Position numbers and translations under genes: made by a program
Part shown: positions 38,742 through 48,809 of the stretch, piece after piece
Position numbering within the stretch: position 1 is the first letter of the stretch
How the letters are laid out: each line of letters starts with the position of its first letter
Assembly (NCBI GenBank): GCA_035528375.1
Contig: DATKYS010000118.1
Location: 7,824 to 71,823, forward strand
DNA: 64,000 nt
Reading direction: 5' to 3'
From: a bacterium
Lineage (GTDB): Bacteria > RBG-13-66-14
Notes under the pieces: model-generated
Databases searched by the model: none
What the model saw: the letters and a program-made list of their open reading frames with translations, nothing else
Told to the model about the DNA's origin: nothing

Positions 38742-38912
38742 GAAACGTCCGTGGCAAAAAAAAAAGACGGTCTGACCGCCTCTTAAGATTAAGATTGTCG
38801 AAGAGCAGCAACCTCCAAACCGACCGTTTCCACCGCTGATAACCCTCACGAAAACCCGCCCCGCGCGAGGCCGGCCCCTCCGGCGACGCGGGCTGACAAT
38901 CGAGGAGTAATC

Positions 38913-40808
38913 ATGAGAAGCGCGATTGCGATGCTTTTGATCATCACCGCCGCGGCCCTGGCCATCACCGAGGCCCCGCTCTTTTTCTCCGAGATGCAGA
39001 GAGCCGACGCGGACAGGCCCCGGGTCGGCCCCGCGCCGCCCGGAACCGCCGAGTACAACATTGGAGACCACCTCCAGCTCTGGAAGTGGAACCTTTCCGG
39101 CTACCCGACTCAGGACCTCGTGGACTGCACCATCCGCGGAAAAAGAGACCACGGCTACGTCGTCGTGGACGACACGGTCTGGGGAAGTCAGGTGAACCAG
39201 ACCGACGTCAACCAGATTCTCGAGGCCTGGGAGAACTCCTCGGACGGCCCCCGCCCCGGCGACGGCATCTACGAGATAAACACCACGACCTTCGGGCCGT
39301 GCCCCGACGAGATTGACGGGGACCCGCGCGTGTTCCCTTTCTACTACGACCTGGACATCTCCGCCGACGGCTTCTGGATGTTCTACGACGAGTACCCCGA
39401 CGGCGAGTACGAATGGCACTCCAACGAGCGGGAAATCGTCTACCTGAACAGCTCGGACAACGACCCCGGCGGGGACTACATGATAGCCGTCGCCGCCCAC
39501 GAGTGCCAGCACATGCTCCACTGGTACCAGGACTCCGACGAGCTCGCCTGGGTGGACGAGGGCTGCGCCGAGCTGGCCATGTTCCTCTACGGGCATCCCG
39601 ACTCCATCAGCGGCTTCAACGGCAACTCGGACAACGACCTGACGGCCTGGAACGGCGCCTGGGCTGACTACATCAAGACCTACCTCTGGACGCTCTACCT
39701 CTACGAGCACTACGGCGAGGGCTCCGCCGACCCGGTGGACCTCGTATGGGAGCTGGTCCACGAGCAGGCGAACTCCATCACCGGGGTGAACAACGCCCTG
39801 GACACCGTGGACGCCGGGACCACCTTCGAGGATATCCTGCCCGACTGGGTCGCCGCGAACTTCCTCGACCTGGCGGACTCCGACCTCTTCGATGGCCGGT
39901 ACAGCTATTTCGGCGAAGACTTGCCGCTCTTCACCCCCGCCTCGATCCACAACAACTACCCCGCCTCGGGCTCCAACAGCCTCTCCCGCTACGCCGGGGA
40001 GTACGTGCTCTTCGTGGAGCCCGGACGCGGGCCTGAAATCACCGAATGGCTCTACGGAACCTTCGACGGCCACGACGCCTCCGACTTCACCGTGGACGTC
40101 CTGCGCATAGACTCGGGCGACGAGTCGGCCACCGAGGTCGCGCGCCTCGACCTGGACTCGGAGAACTGGTCCACCTTCGACGCGCCGGAATTCCCGTACA
40201 CCCACGACCGGGTGGTGCTCGTGACGACGAGGCCGACCGCGGCGGGGCCCGGAACCTACGACTACCACGCTGACGTGAGCGAAACCGGCGTCGGGGACGC
40301 GGAATTCAGCGCCGCGCGCACCGGGGACGGCGTCCTGACCCGGTGGAGCTCGCCAGAGGCGCGGACGGTCGTCCTTCTGCGCGAGGACGGGGCGGAGGAG
40401 ACAACGGTAGTCCGGCTGGATTCCACCGAGGGTCGCTATCTCGACCGGGAGGCCCCGGATGCCGGCTGTTACTACGTTCTCGAAGTGACGGACCTCTCCG
40501 GGCGGCGGACGCGCCTCGGACCGGTGGAGGTGGGTCCCGCCGAGAGCGACCGCGCCGGTCTCACTCTCAGCGCGCCTTACCCCTCGCCCTCCTCCGACCG
40601 GGTGACCTTCGAATTCACCGTCCCCGGCGATGGAGCGGCCCGATTCGTCATTTACGACCTCGCCGGTCGCGAGCTGTTCTCGACGGCGGTGACGCCGGCG
40701 GAGGGACGCGTGGTGTGGGATTCCTCGGCCGCGGCTCCGGGGGTGTACCTGGCACGGCTCGCCGGTGACGGGTGGACGGTCGGCCGCCGGCTGGTCATCG
40801 TCCGCTGA
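38913..40808 (+). CDS. secreted HExxH zinc metalloprotease (M6/InhA-like) with T9SS/FlgD-Ig-like C-terminal sorting domain
   Basis: Signal peptide. Zinc site AAHECQHMLHW plus downstream DEGCAE. The C-terminal FVIYDLAGRELFST...PGVYLARLAGDGWTVGRRLVIVR domain is homologous to the C-terminus of the 29360 gene. Confidence 0.6.
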   Translation: MRSAIAMLLIITAAALAITEAPLFFSEMQRADADRPRVGPAPPGTAEYNIGDHLQLWKWNLSGYPTQDLVDCTIRGKRDHGYVVVDDTVWGSQVNQTDVNQILEAWENSSDGPRPGDGIYEINTTTFGPCPDEIDGDPRVFPFYYDLDISADGFWMFYDEYPDGEYEWHSNEREIVYLNSSDNDPGGDYMIAVAAHECQHMLHWYQDSDELAWVDEGCAELAMFLYGHPDSISGFNGNSDNDLTAWNGAWADYIKTYLWTLYLYEHYGEGSADPVDLVWELVHEQANSITGVNNALDTVDAGTTFEDILPDWVAANFLDLADSDLFDGRYSYFGEDLPLFTPASIHNNYPASGSNSLSRYAGEYVLFVEPGRGPEITEWLYGTFDGHDASDFTVDVLRIDSGDESATEVARLDLDSENWSTFDAPEFPYTHDRVVLVTTRPTAAGPGTYDYHADVSETGVGDAEFSAARTGDGVLTRWSSPEARTVVLLREDGAEETTVVRLDSTEGRYLDREAPDAGCYYVLEVTDLSGRRTRLGPVEVGPAESDRAGLTLSAPYPSPSSDRVTFEFTVPGDGAARFVIYDLAGRELFSTAVTPAEGRVVWDSSAAAPGVYLARLAGDGWTVGRRLVIVR

Positions 40809-40847
40809 ACCGGCGAAGCGCCACTTTAAAAGTAAGGTTCTTCACGG

Positions 40848-40876
40848 GGATGGCGAAAGTCATCCCCTTTTCGCGC
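40848..40876 (+). terminator. rho-independent terminator (GGGGAUG-GCGAAAGU-CAUCCCC then UUUU)
   Basis: Perfect 7-bp stem immediately after the metalloprotease gene. An extended -10-like TGGTAGAAT follows at ~40903-40911 upstream of prs. Confidence 0.55.
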
Positions 40877-40983
40877 CGGGGACGCCCGGCGACCGGGGCG
40901 GCTGTGGTAGAATAAACGTCGAGAAAATCCGACGGCCCCGCACGTCCGAACCGACCCACCACCCGACTCCCGGGAGTCACGCC

Positions 40984-41928
<945 letters not shown>

Positions 41929-41932
41929 CTCT

Positions 41933-42865
41933 ATGCGCAAAAGACTGATTCTCACGGCCGCCGCGCTTCTCATGGCGGCGGCCTGCTCAGACATAGACCT
42001 GGCGCCCTTCTGGAGCGAGTACGAGCTGCCGGAAGGCCCGGCGCTGGGCCTGCGCGACATCGCGGCCACCCCGACGGGAGAGGTGTGGGTCGTGGGCCAG
42101 GTTGGGGAGGCGTGGTACTGCGACGGGGACTCTTGGATAAACATAAACAGCGGTCATGACGACTACGAGCTGACCGGCGTGGCCCCGGACGAGGGCGGCG
42201 GCTGCTGGGCGGTGGGCGCCGACTCCGAGGAGAAGGGTTGCATCCTCCGCTATGACCCCGCCGAAGGATGGAGTGAGGTCGGCCCGCCCGGGACGCCGGC
42301 CTTCCTCGCCGACGTGGCCGCGAGAAGCGATGGCTCGGTGGTAACAGTGGGCTCCGAGGGCCAGGTCTGGCGGCGGCGGACGGACTGGGAATTGGTCTGG
42401 AGTGACGCCGACTACATCTGGCGGGCGGTGGACGTTCACGCCTCCGGCGAGGCGCTCGTTGTCGGCGTGAGAATTTCCACGGGCAACGGCGCCTACCTGC
42501 ATTTCAACTACACCGACGACGATTATACCGTTGAAGATATAGACGGTGGGCGGCTGGAGGATTGCGCCCTGACGGATTCCGACGCCGGCTGGGCCGTGGA
42601 CGCCGACGGCTGCATCTACCGTTACGATGCCGGGACGATGGATACGGTCGCCGACACCGGCGTTCTCCTGCGCGGGCTGGCCGTCGAGCCGGACCGCGAC
42701 GACGCCCTCTGGCTCTGCGGTCCCGGCGGAACGCTGGTTCACTACGTCAACGGCGAGCTGGAGTACCCCGATTCACACACCGATGAGAACCTGCACGACC
42801 TGGTGCTGGTCAACGCCGACGAGGGTTGGGCCGCGGCCCAGACACTCCTTTTGGAGTACCGCTGA
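41933..42865 (+). CDS. lipoprotein with beta-propeller-like W-x-V-G repeats (Ycf48/BNR-like), hypothetical
   Basis: Lipobox LLMAAAC. Five to six repeats of the form GxxW(A)VGxxGxxxxYD. Confidence 0.5.
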   Translation: MRKRLILTAAALLMAAACSDIDLAPFWSEYELPEGPALGLRDIAATPTGEVWVVGQVGEAWYCDGDSWININSGHDDYELTGVAPDEGGGCWAVGADSEEKGCILRYDPAEGWSEVGPPGTPAFLADVAARSDGSVVTVGSEGQVWRRRTDWELVWSDADYIWRAVDVHASGEALVVGVRISTGNGAYLHFNYTDDDYTVEDIDGGRLEDCALTDSDAGWAVDADGCIYRYDAGTMDTVADTGVLLRGLAVEPDRDDALWLCGPGGTLVHYVNGELEYPDSHTDENLHDLVLVNADEGWAAAQTLLLEYR

Positions 42866-44565
42866 TGCGCGACCTCGTCATAGACTTCAACTACCCCGAG
42901 GGGGCCCGGTGGCCCCCGGCCGACGAGCGCATCCGCCTCGACGACCTCCCCCCGACGGGAGGTTTCGGCCTCTTCCGCGCGGTGCGCGCCGCGGCTAGGT
43001 ATCCGCACTACCGGCGCGTCTACCTCGCGTGCAAGGACCAGCGCCACGTGAAAACCTGGCTCCTCCTCGCTGCCCTTTCCCTGGCCGAGGAGGTCTGGTA
43101 TGTCATGCTCTTCACGCCGGTTCAGCGGATCACCAAGGGCGGGCTCCTCTGGACGCTGCCCTTTTTTCGGAAAATCCCGTCCCGCGTGGCGGCGCGGGAA
43201 TTCACCCGACGTCTCCGGGCGACCGTCCCCCGCGGCGCACCGCTCAAGACGGGGGGCGTCCTCCTGCTGGCCCACTCGTACCCGCCCTCCGCGGGGGGAA
43301 TCCAGACCTCGATGGTCCACGCCGCCGAGGGTTTTACCGAACGCGGCCTCCCCGTCCGCGTGCTTGACTGTTACCGCACGGGCTGGCGTTCCTACGACGC
43401 GGACAGCCCGGTGCCCATCCGGCGCGTCTACACCGGGAGGCGCTTCCGGCTGGGAGAGTGCCGTAGATTGGCGCGCCGTGCCGCCGAGGCCGCCCGCCCC
43501 CTCCCCGGCCGGCCGCCGTCCCGGGAAGTGGTAGGGACGATCGGAAAATTCCTCACCGCCTGCCCCGCGTGGAAGGCCGCCGAGTTTCTGGGAAATTTCG
43601 AGGCCGCCTGCCGGCTCATCTCCGAGGGCTCGCCGGACACCATCCACGTAGGGTACTGCCACCCGGATTCCCTGGCGGCGATGCTTCTGGCGGCGATCGG
43701 CGGCTGGCCATACCTCATCTACGCCCACGGCACCGAGACCCTCCGCTTCTCCAAGGATAAGCGCCTGGCACCCTTCTTCGCCAAAGGTTTCCGAGCGGCG
43801 GCGGCGGTGCTCGCCAACGCACATTACTGCGCCGAGATAGTGGAGCGGGGCCACGGCGTACCCCCCGACCGGATAGAAATCATCCACCCCGGGGTGGATT
43901 TTGGCCACTTCGACGCCCCGCCGCCCGAGGTCCTTCTCGACGAGCTCCGCCGGCGCCACGACATCTCGCCCGTCAACAGGGTGCTCTTCATCGTCGGGCG
44001 GGTGATCCCGCTCAAGGGGTTCGACACCGTTCTGCGGGCCCTGCCCCGGGTTCTGGAAGAATTCCCCGAGACCGTGCTCCTCCTGGGCGGCGACGGCTTC
44101 TACCTTCCGCGCATTCGCGGGATGGTCGGGGAGCTGGGCTTGACGGACGCGGTGCGCCTCCTGGGGCGGATTCCCGACGACGAGCTGGCGGCCTGTTATC
44201 ACCTGGCCGACCTGTACGTGATGCCCAGCCGAGACGACCCGCCGGGCTCCTTCGAGGGATTCGGCATCGTTTTCATGGAGGCCGGGGCGGCGGGGACGCC
44301 GCAGATCGGCGGCCGGTCCGGGGGGATTCCCGACGCCGTGCGCGACGGGGAGACGGGCCTTCTTTGCGACCCGTGGGACCCGGACGACCTGGCGGAAAAA
44401 ATCCTCCGCCTCTGGCGTGACCCGGACCTCTTGAAAAAGTTGGGCGAGGGGGCCCGGCGATGGGCCGCGGAGCAGGACTGGGAGCTGGTGATCGGGAGGA
44501 AGATGGCCCTGGATGAGCGGATGCGGAAATCGGCGGCCACCGGGGAGTGGACGCCGCCGGGTTAG
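42865..44565 (+). CDS. membrane-associated glycosyltransferase family 4
   Basis: ATG overlaps upstream stop (TGATG). N-terminal hydrophobic segment, then GT4 domain ending with FEGFGIVFMEAGAAGTPQIGGRSGGIPDAVRDGETGLL. Confidence 0.65.
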   Translation: MRDLVIDFNYPEGARWPPADERIRLDDLPPTGGFGLFRAVRAAARYPHYRRVYLACKDQRHVKTWLLLAALSLAEEVWYVMLFTPVQRITKGGLLWTLPFFRKIPSRVAAREFTRRLRATVPRGAPLKTGGVLLLAHSYPPSAGGIQTSMVHAAEGFTERGLPVRVLDCYRTGWRSYDADSPVPIRRVYTGRRFRLGECRRLARRAAEAARPLPGRPPSREVVGTIGKFLTACPAWKAAEFLGNFEAACRLISEGSPDTIHVGYCHPDSLAAMLLAAIGGWPYLIYAHGTETLRFSKDKRLAPFFAKGFRAAAAVLANAHYCAEIVERGHGVPPDRIEIIHPGVDFGHFDAPPPEVLLDELRRRHDISPVNRVLFIVGRVIPLKGFDTVLRALPRVLEEFPETVLLLGGDGFYLPRIRGMVGELGLTDAVRLLGRIPDDELAACYHLADLYVMPSRDDPPGSFEGFGIVFMEAGAAGTPQIGGRSGGIPDAVRDGETGLLCDPWDPDDLAEKILRLWRDPDLLKKLGEGARRWAAEQDWELVIGRKMALDERMRKSAATGEWTPPG

Positions 44566-45875
44566 CGCAGGGCGCCGTCCATGAGGGAACGGTGCTCGAT
44601 CGAGCCACAGACCGAGACGTCGGGCGGGTCGTCCAGCAGCAGCCTCCACTCGAGGGGGTCAAGCCCCAGGCGCAGACAGAGCTCCCCGAAGGCGCGGTCG
44701 TAATCGCCGAACCCGGGCAGCGGCAGCCCCAGGGCCAGCTTAAAGAGCCACACCCGCAGAACGTGGCGGCGGAGCGAATCGCGCTCCAGGCCGCCTTCTT
44801 TCAACGCCGCCAGGACGGTGTCCCGGGCCTCGGTCATCCGGGCGGCCGTGTGGCAGATGAGCACCAGATCGGCCCCGGCCCCGAGCGCCATCACCGCCGC
44901 CTCGGGAAGCCCGTAGTTCTTCACTATCGCACCCATCTCCAGGTCGTCGGTCACCGCCACGCCGTCGAAGCCTATTTCGCCCCGCAGGGCGTCGTAGGCC
45001 GCCGGGGAGAGGCTGGCGGGCAGGTCGGGGTCCAGAGTAGGGACGACCACGTGGCTGACCATCGCCGCCTTGAGCCACTGACCGTCGGTCAAAAGCGCGC
45101 GGAAGGGTGGCCACTCGTAAGCCTCGAGGTGCTCCCGGTCCACGCCGATGACCGGCAGGTCGTAGTGGGCGTCCACGGCGGCCTCGCCCTTTCCGGGGAA
45201 GTGCTTGGCGCAGACGGCGACGCCGGACGCGAGAATCCCCCGGGCCACGGCGGCGGCGTACTCGCACACCACCTGCGGGTCCGAGGAAAAGGATCGGTCT
45301 CCGATGCCCGGGTTGGCCGGGTTCGTCAAAACGTCCACCACCGGGGCCAGGTTCCAGTTGCAACCCACCGCGGCCAGCTCCCGGCCGACGACCTCCCCCA
45401 CCGTCTCGGCACCCGCGGGGTCCGTCCTCCCCGGCAGCTCGCCCATGGCCGGGATTGCGGTGAAGCCGTCCTTCAGCCGACGGACCCTTCCCCCCTCCTG
45501 GTCCACGGCGATGAGAAGGCCGGGCAGGCCCAGTTCCGCAGCCTCCGCCTGCAGGGCGCCGGTCAGCCCCCGGAGCCGGTCGGCGTCGGCGATGTTCCGG
45601 GTGAAGAGGATGACCCCGGCGGGCCGGAGCCCGGCGAGCCTCTCCACCGTCGCGTCGTTCAGGTCGAGGCCGTCCACCCCGACCACGAAGAGCTGCCCGA
45701 CCAGCTCCTCGTCGGAGAGCTCCCCGATGCGCTCTAAAAGCGCGTTCCGCACGTCGTAATGCTCCAGGGCGATTTCCTCGGCGAAGGGGCCGAAACCCAG
45801 CCGGTTCGGCAGGAAGGCCAGGACGAGCGCGGCCGCCAGAAGGATCGGTACGGCTGTGAAGAGGACGACCTTCAA
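44562..45875 (-). CDS. nagZ: beta-N-acetylhexosaminidase (glycoside hydrolase family 3, NagZ-like) with signal/anchor
   Basis: GH3 N-terminal domain motifs AVDQEGGRVRRL and AKHFPGKGEAAVDAHYDLPV. Confidence 0.8.
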   Translation of the reverse strand: MKVVLFTAVPILLAAALVLAFLPNRLGFGPFAEEIALEHYDVRNALLERIGELSDEELVGQLFVVGVDGLDLNDATVERLAGLRPAGVILFTRNIADADRLRGLTGALQAEAAELGLPGLLIAVDQEGGRVRRLKDGFTAIPAMGELPGRTDPAGAETVGEVVGRELAAVGCNWNLAPVVDVLTNPANPGIGDRSFSSDPQVVCEYAAAVARGILASGVAVCAKHFPGKGEAAVDAHYDLPVIGVDREHLEAYEWPPFRALLTDGQWLKAAMVSHVVVPTLDPDLPASLSPAAYDALRGEIGFDGVAVTDDLEMGAIVKNYGLPEAAVMALGAGADLVLICHTAARMTEARDTVLAALKEGGLERDSLRRHVLRVWLFKLALGLPLPGFGDYDRAFGELCLRLGLDPLEWRLLLDDPPDVSVCGSIEHRSLMDGALR

Positions 45876-46098
45876 CGTTCCGCCTTTTTTCGGGTCACGG
45901 CGACGCCGTCTCGGAACGCCGTCGCGTTCATACCGATCACACCACCCAACGGGGGTCGGTCGTTCCGCCGCGGCGAAATGACTTCCCTGTAATGAAGAGG
46001 GCTCTCACGCCCTCCGGCATCAAATACCGCACCACAGTGTGCCGATGAATCCAAGACGCGCCGTCGCAGACAATCGCAGAAAAAGCGGCCCACCGACC

Positions 46099-46548
46099 TC
46101 AGTGCTTGATGTCCAGCATCTCGACGACGGCATCGGCCCGCTTCACCAGTTCCACCGGCGCCCTGCGGCCGGTGAGGACCAGCTCCAAGGGGAATCCCAC
46201 ACGGAACACCGTCTCGACGTCCGCGAGGGGGATAAAACCGGCCTCCACCGCGTCCAGGAGCCCGTCCAGCACCAGCAGGTCATGGCCCCGGGCCTCGATT
46301 AGGTCGAGAGCCGTCCGCCAGCCCTTTTCCGCCGAGCTCCGCCCGCCCTCGCCGAGGTCGCAGGGAAAAACCTCGATTCCCAGCTTGACCGCCGACTCGG
46401 CCTCCCCGGACGTTTCCGGCCTCAGAAACCGCACCACCGCCACCCGTCCACCATTACCGCGCCGGCCCATCGCCAGGCCGAAAGCGGCGGCGCTGCCGGT
46501 CTCGACCTCGCCGGAATAGATCCTGACCCTGCGATCCGTATCAGCCAC
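46099..46548 (-). CDS. CobA/CobO/BtuR-family (cob(I)alamin adenosyltransferase-like) protein with degenerate P-loop
   Basis: Aligns to CobA along its length (VVRFLRP, LLVLDGLLDAVEAGFIPLADV, LVLTGRRAPVELVKRADAVVEMLDIKH). The GNGKGKTT P-loop is replaced by GEVETGSA. Confidence 0.6.
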   Translation of the reverse strand: MADTDRRVRIYSGEVETGSAAAFGLAMGRRGNGGRVAVVRFLRPETSGEAESAVKLGIEVFPCDLGEGGRSSAEKGWRTALDLIEARGHDLLVLDGLLDAVEAGFIPLADVETVFRVGFPLELVLTGRRAPVELVKRADAVVEMLDIKH

Positions 46549-46578
46549 TCCATGCTCCTTGAAGCGGGATAAATCCGG

Positions 46579-48624
46579 TCAGACCTCGTCGCCGTGCTTG
46601 GCGGTGATCAGCCGGACGAAGAGGGACACCACCTTCGGGTCGTAGCGCGAGCCGGCCTCGGCCTCGAGCTCGGCCAGGGCCGACCGGGCGGTTTTGGGCT
46701 GCTGGTACCGTCGTCCCGAGATCATCGCGTCGTAGGAGTCCGCGACCGCCACCAGGCGTGCGCCGACGTAAACCTCCTCGCCCGCGAGCCCCAGGGTGTA
46801 ACCCTTCCCGTCCCAGCGCTCGTGATGCTGGCGGACGGTCTTGATGCACTCCTCGTCGAAACCGAGGAGCTTGAGGATGTCCGCGCCGACCTCGGGGTGC
46901 GCCTCCACCTGTCTCTGCTCCTCCTCGGAGAGCTGCACCGTGTCCTGGATGGTGGCGTCGGCCAGGGTGGCTATCATGCCGACGTCGTGCAGAATGGCGC
47001 CGTAGACGATCTGGTGGATCTCCTGCCGGGGAAGGTCCATCATCTGCGCGAGCTTGGCCACGTAACGGCTGACGCGCTCGGAGTGACCGCGGGTGTAGGG
47101 ATCGCGGGAGTCTATGGCGGCGATGAGACGGCCGACGGTGTCGCGGTCGTGCTTGTGCAGGCGCTGGAACAGGCGGGCGTTCTCCAGGTGGACGGACACC
47201 TGCTTGGAGAGGCTCCAGATGAGGTGCAGATCCTCGGCGTCGTAATCCAGTTGCCCGACCTTGGGCCCCAGGGCCAGGATGCCGAGGAACTCGCGCGTAG
47301 AGACGAGCCCGCAGACCATCGTAAAACCCAGCTCGGTCAGCTTCTGCTTCAGGCTGCCCGAGCCGTCCTCGGTCAGGGCGTCCAGCGGCAACGGCTTCTT
47401 CGTCGTCAAGAGCTCACGGCGGACGTCCTCGGAGAGAACCTGGGAGTAGGTCAGGTCGAGCTCGTCGGTGATGCCCTTGGCGAGCTTGAGGTTCAGGTGG
47501 TCGCCCTCCATCAGGAAGACCGCCGTGCGGCTGACGCCGAGCTGGCCGATGACGATGACCAGGAAGGTGTTCAACAGCTCGTGAACGGCGAATTGGCCGC
47601 TGAAATCACGGGCGGCCTGGAACATGGTCTTGAGCTCGAGGGTCTTGCGGGTGAGCTTTTTACCGGCAAGGGTCAGCTCCTCGTCCGCCTGCGTCAGCCG
47701 CTCCGAAGCAGCCGCCAGTTCACCGACTAAAGGCTCGACCGAGAGGTGGTAGAGGATGAACCAGTTGAGCTGGCGGCCCAGGAGGGCGAGGGCTTCGACC
47801 TCACCCTCGATGATGGGGCTGGGACCGAAACAGATGAACGCGTGGAGACCCTCGCCCGAGCGGATGCGGAGAATGCCCTGCGTGCCCGCCATCTGTAGCG
47901 TCTCAAGCTCCTCCGACGAGGGGAACGTACGGCGCCAGCGCGGGAAGAGGAGGAAGTCGCTCTTCGCGCCGCGCAGACGGTCCACGAAATCCCCGTCCAC
48001 GGGCAGGCGAAAGCCCGGGCCGATGCCGATCCCCTGGCCCGCGACGACCAGGGGCGCGAAAAATCCGTCGCCCGTCTGGTTGAAGAGCGCCATCCACGGG
48101 ATGCCGAAGACGTCAACGGCGGCGCTGAGGGCCAGCGCGATGGGCTGATCAGAGCTCCTGAGACGGACCAGGATGTCTGAAAACTCGAGCACGTCCTTGG
48201 GGGTGGCCAGGGAGCGAAGGGGGACCTCGATGGGGGACTCGGGCACCAGGACTTCGGACGTCGTGGGGGTCAGGTGGGAAAAATGGTCCAGGGCCTCGTC
48301 AACCGAGTCGTAAATTTTAAAGTAATCCAGAAGGTCCAGGGATTCCAGCACGCGACGGATGCGGGGGGGGATGAGCGCGAAAACGATGTCGCCGTCCGAG
48401 GCCCGGACCTCCTTGGCCACGGAGATAAAGGCGCCCACGCCCGCGCTGGAGATGAACTCGAGCTTATCGAGGATGAAGACGGTGTTGTACACACCCTCGC
48501 CCAGGCAGACCTCGAAGAGTTTCTGGATGTCCGTCGAGCCCTCGATGCCGAGCATGCCGGAAATTTCGTAGACGCGGACGCCGTCCGGGGTGGTGCGGTT
48601 GAGGGTTATGGAGAGCTCGTGCAT
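46579..48624 (-). CDS. STAS (anti-sigma-factor antagonist) - GAF - HD-GYP-type phosphodiesterase multidomain protein
   Basis: N-terminal STAS with phosphorylatable-serine context LEFISSAGVGAFI. Central GAF-like region. C-terminal HD domain (HSERVSRY, ILHDVGM, HPEVGAD) with HHERWDGKGYTLGL (GYP motif present as GYT). Confidence 0.7.
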   Translation of the reverse strand: MHELSITLNRTTPDGVRVYEISGMLGIEGSTDIQKLFEVCLGEGVYNTVFILDKLEFISSAGVGAFISVAKEVRASDGDIVFALIPPRIRRVLESLDLLDYFKIYDSVDEALDHFSHLTPTTSEVLVPESPIEVPLRSLATPKDVLEFSDILVRLRSSDQPIALALSAAVDVFGIPWMALFNQTGDGFFAPLVVAGQGIGIGPGFRLPVDGDFVDRLRGAKSDFLLFPRWRRTFPSSEELETLQMAGTQGILRIRSGEGLHAFICFGPSPIIEGEVEALALLGRQLNWFILYHLSVEPLVGELAAASERLTQADEELTLAGKKLTRKTLELKTMFQAARDFSGQFAVHELLNTFLVIVIGQLGVSRTAVFLMEGDHLNLKLAKGITDELDLTYSQVLSEDVRRELLTTKKPLPLDALTEDGSGSLKQKLTELGFTMVCGLVSTREFLGILALGPKVGQLDYDAEDLHLIWSLSKQVSVHLENARLFQRLHKHDRDTVGRLIAAIDSRDPYTRGHSERVSRYVAKLAQMMDLPRQEIHQIVYGAILHDVGMIATLADATIQDTVQLSEEEQRQVEAHPEVGADILKLLGFDEECIKTVRQHHERWDGKGYTLGLAGEEVYVGARLVAVADSYDAMISGRRYQQPKTARSALAELEAEAGSRYDPKVVSLFVRLITAKHGDEV

Positions 48625-48809
48625 GGCCGTGGGTGCCCCGGTTAATAGGAAACGAAATTACGTCCCCGGTAAAACGGACGTGGAGGGGTGGTTATCTTCT
48701 TTAATAGCCAATCACAAACCGTGCCAGCTCCGTAGAGGCGTGCCGAGGTGGTGAATCCACGAGCCGCCATCCGGATCGAAACCGCAAAACTACTGCGGGT
48801 CGGGGCTTT

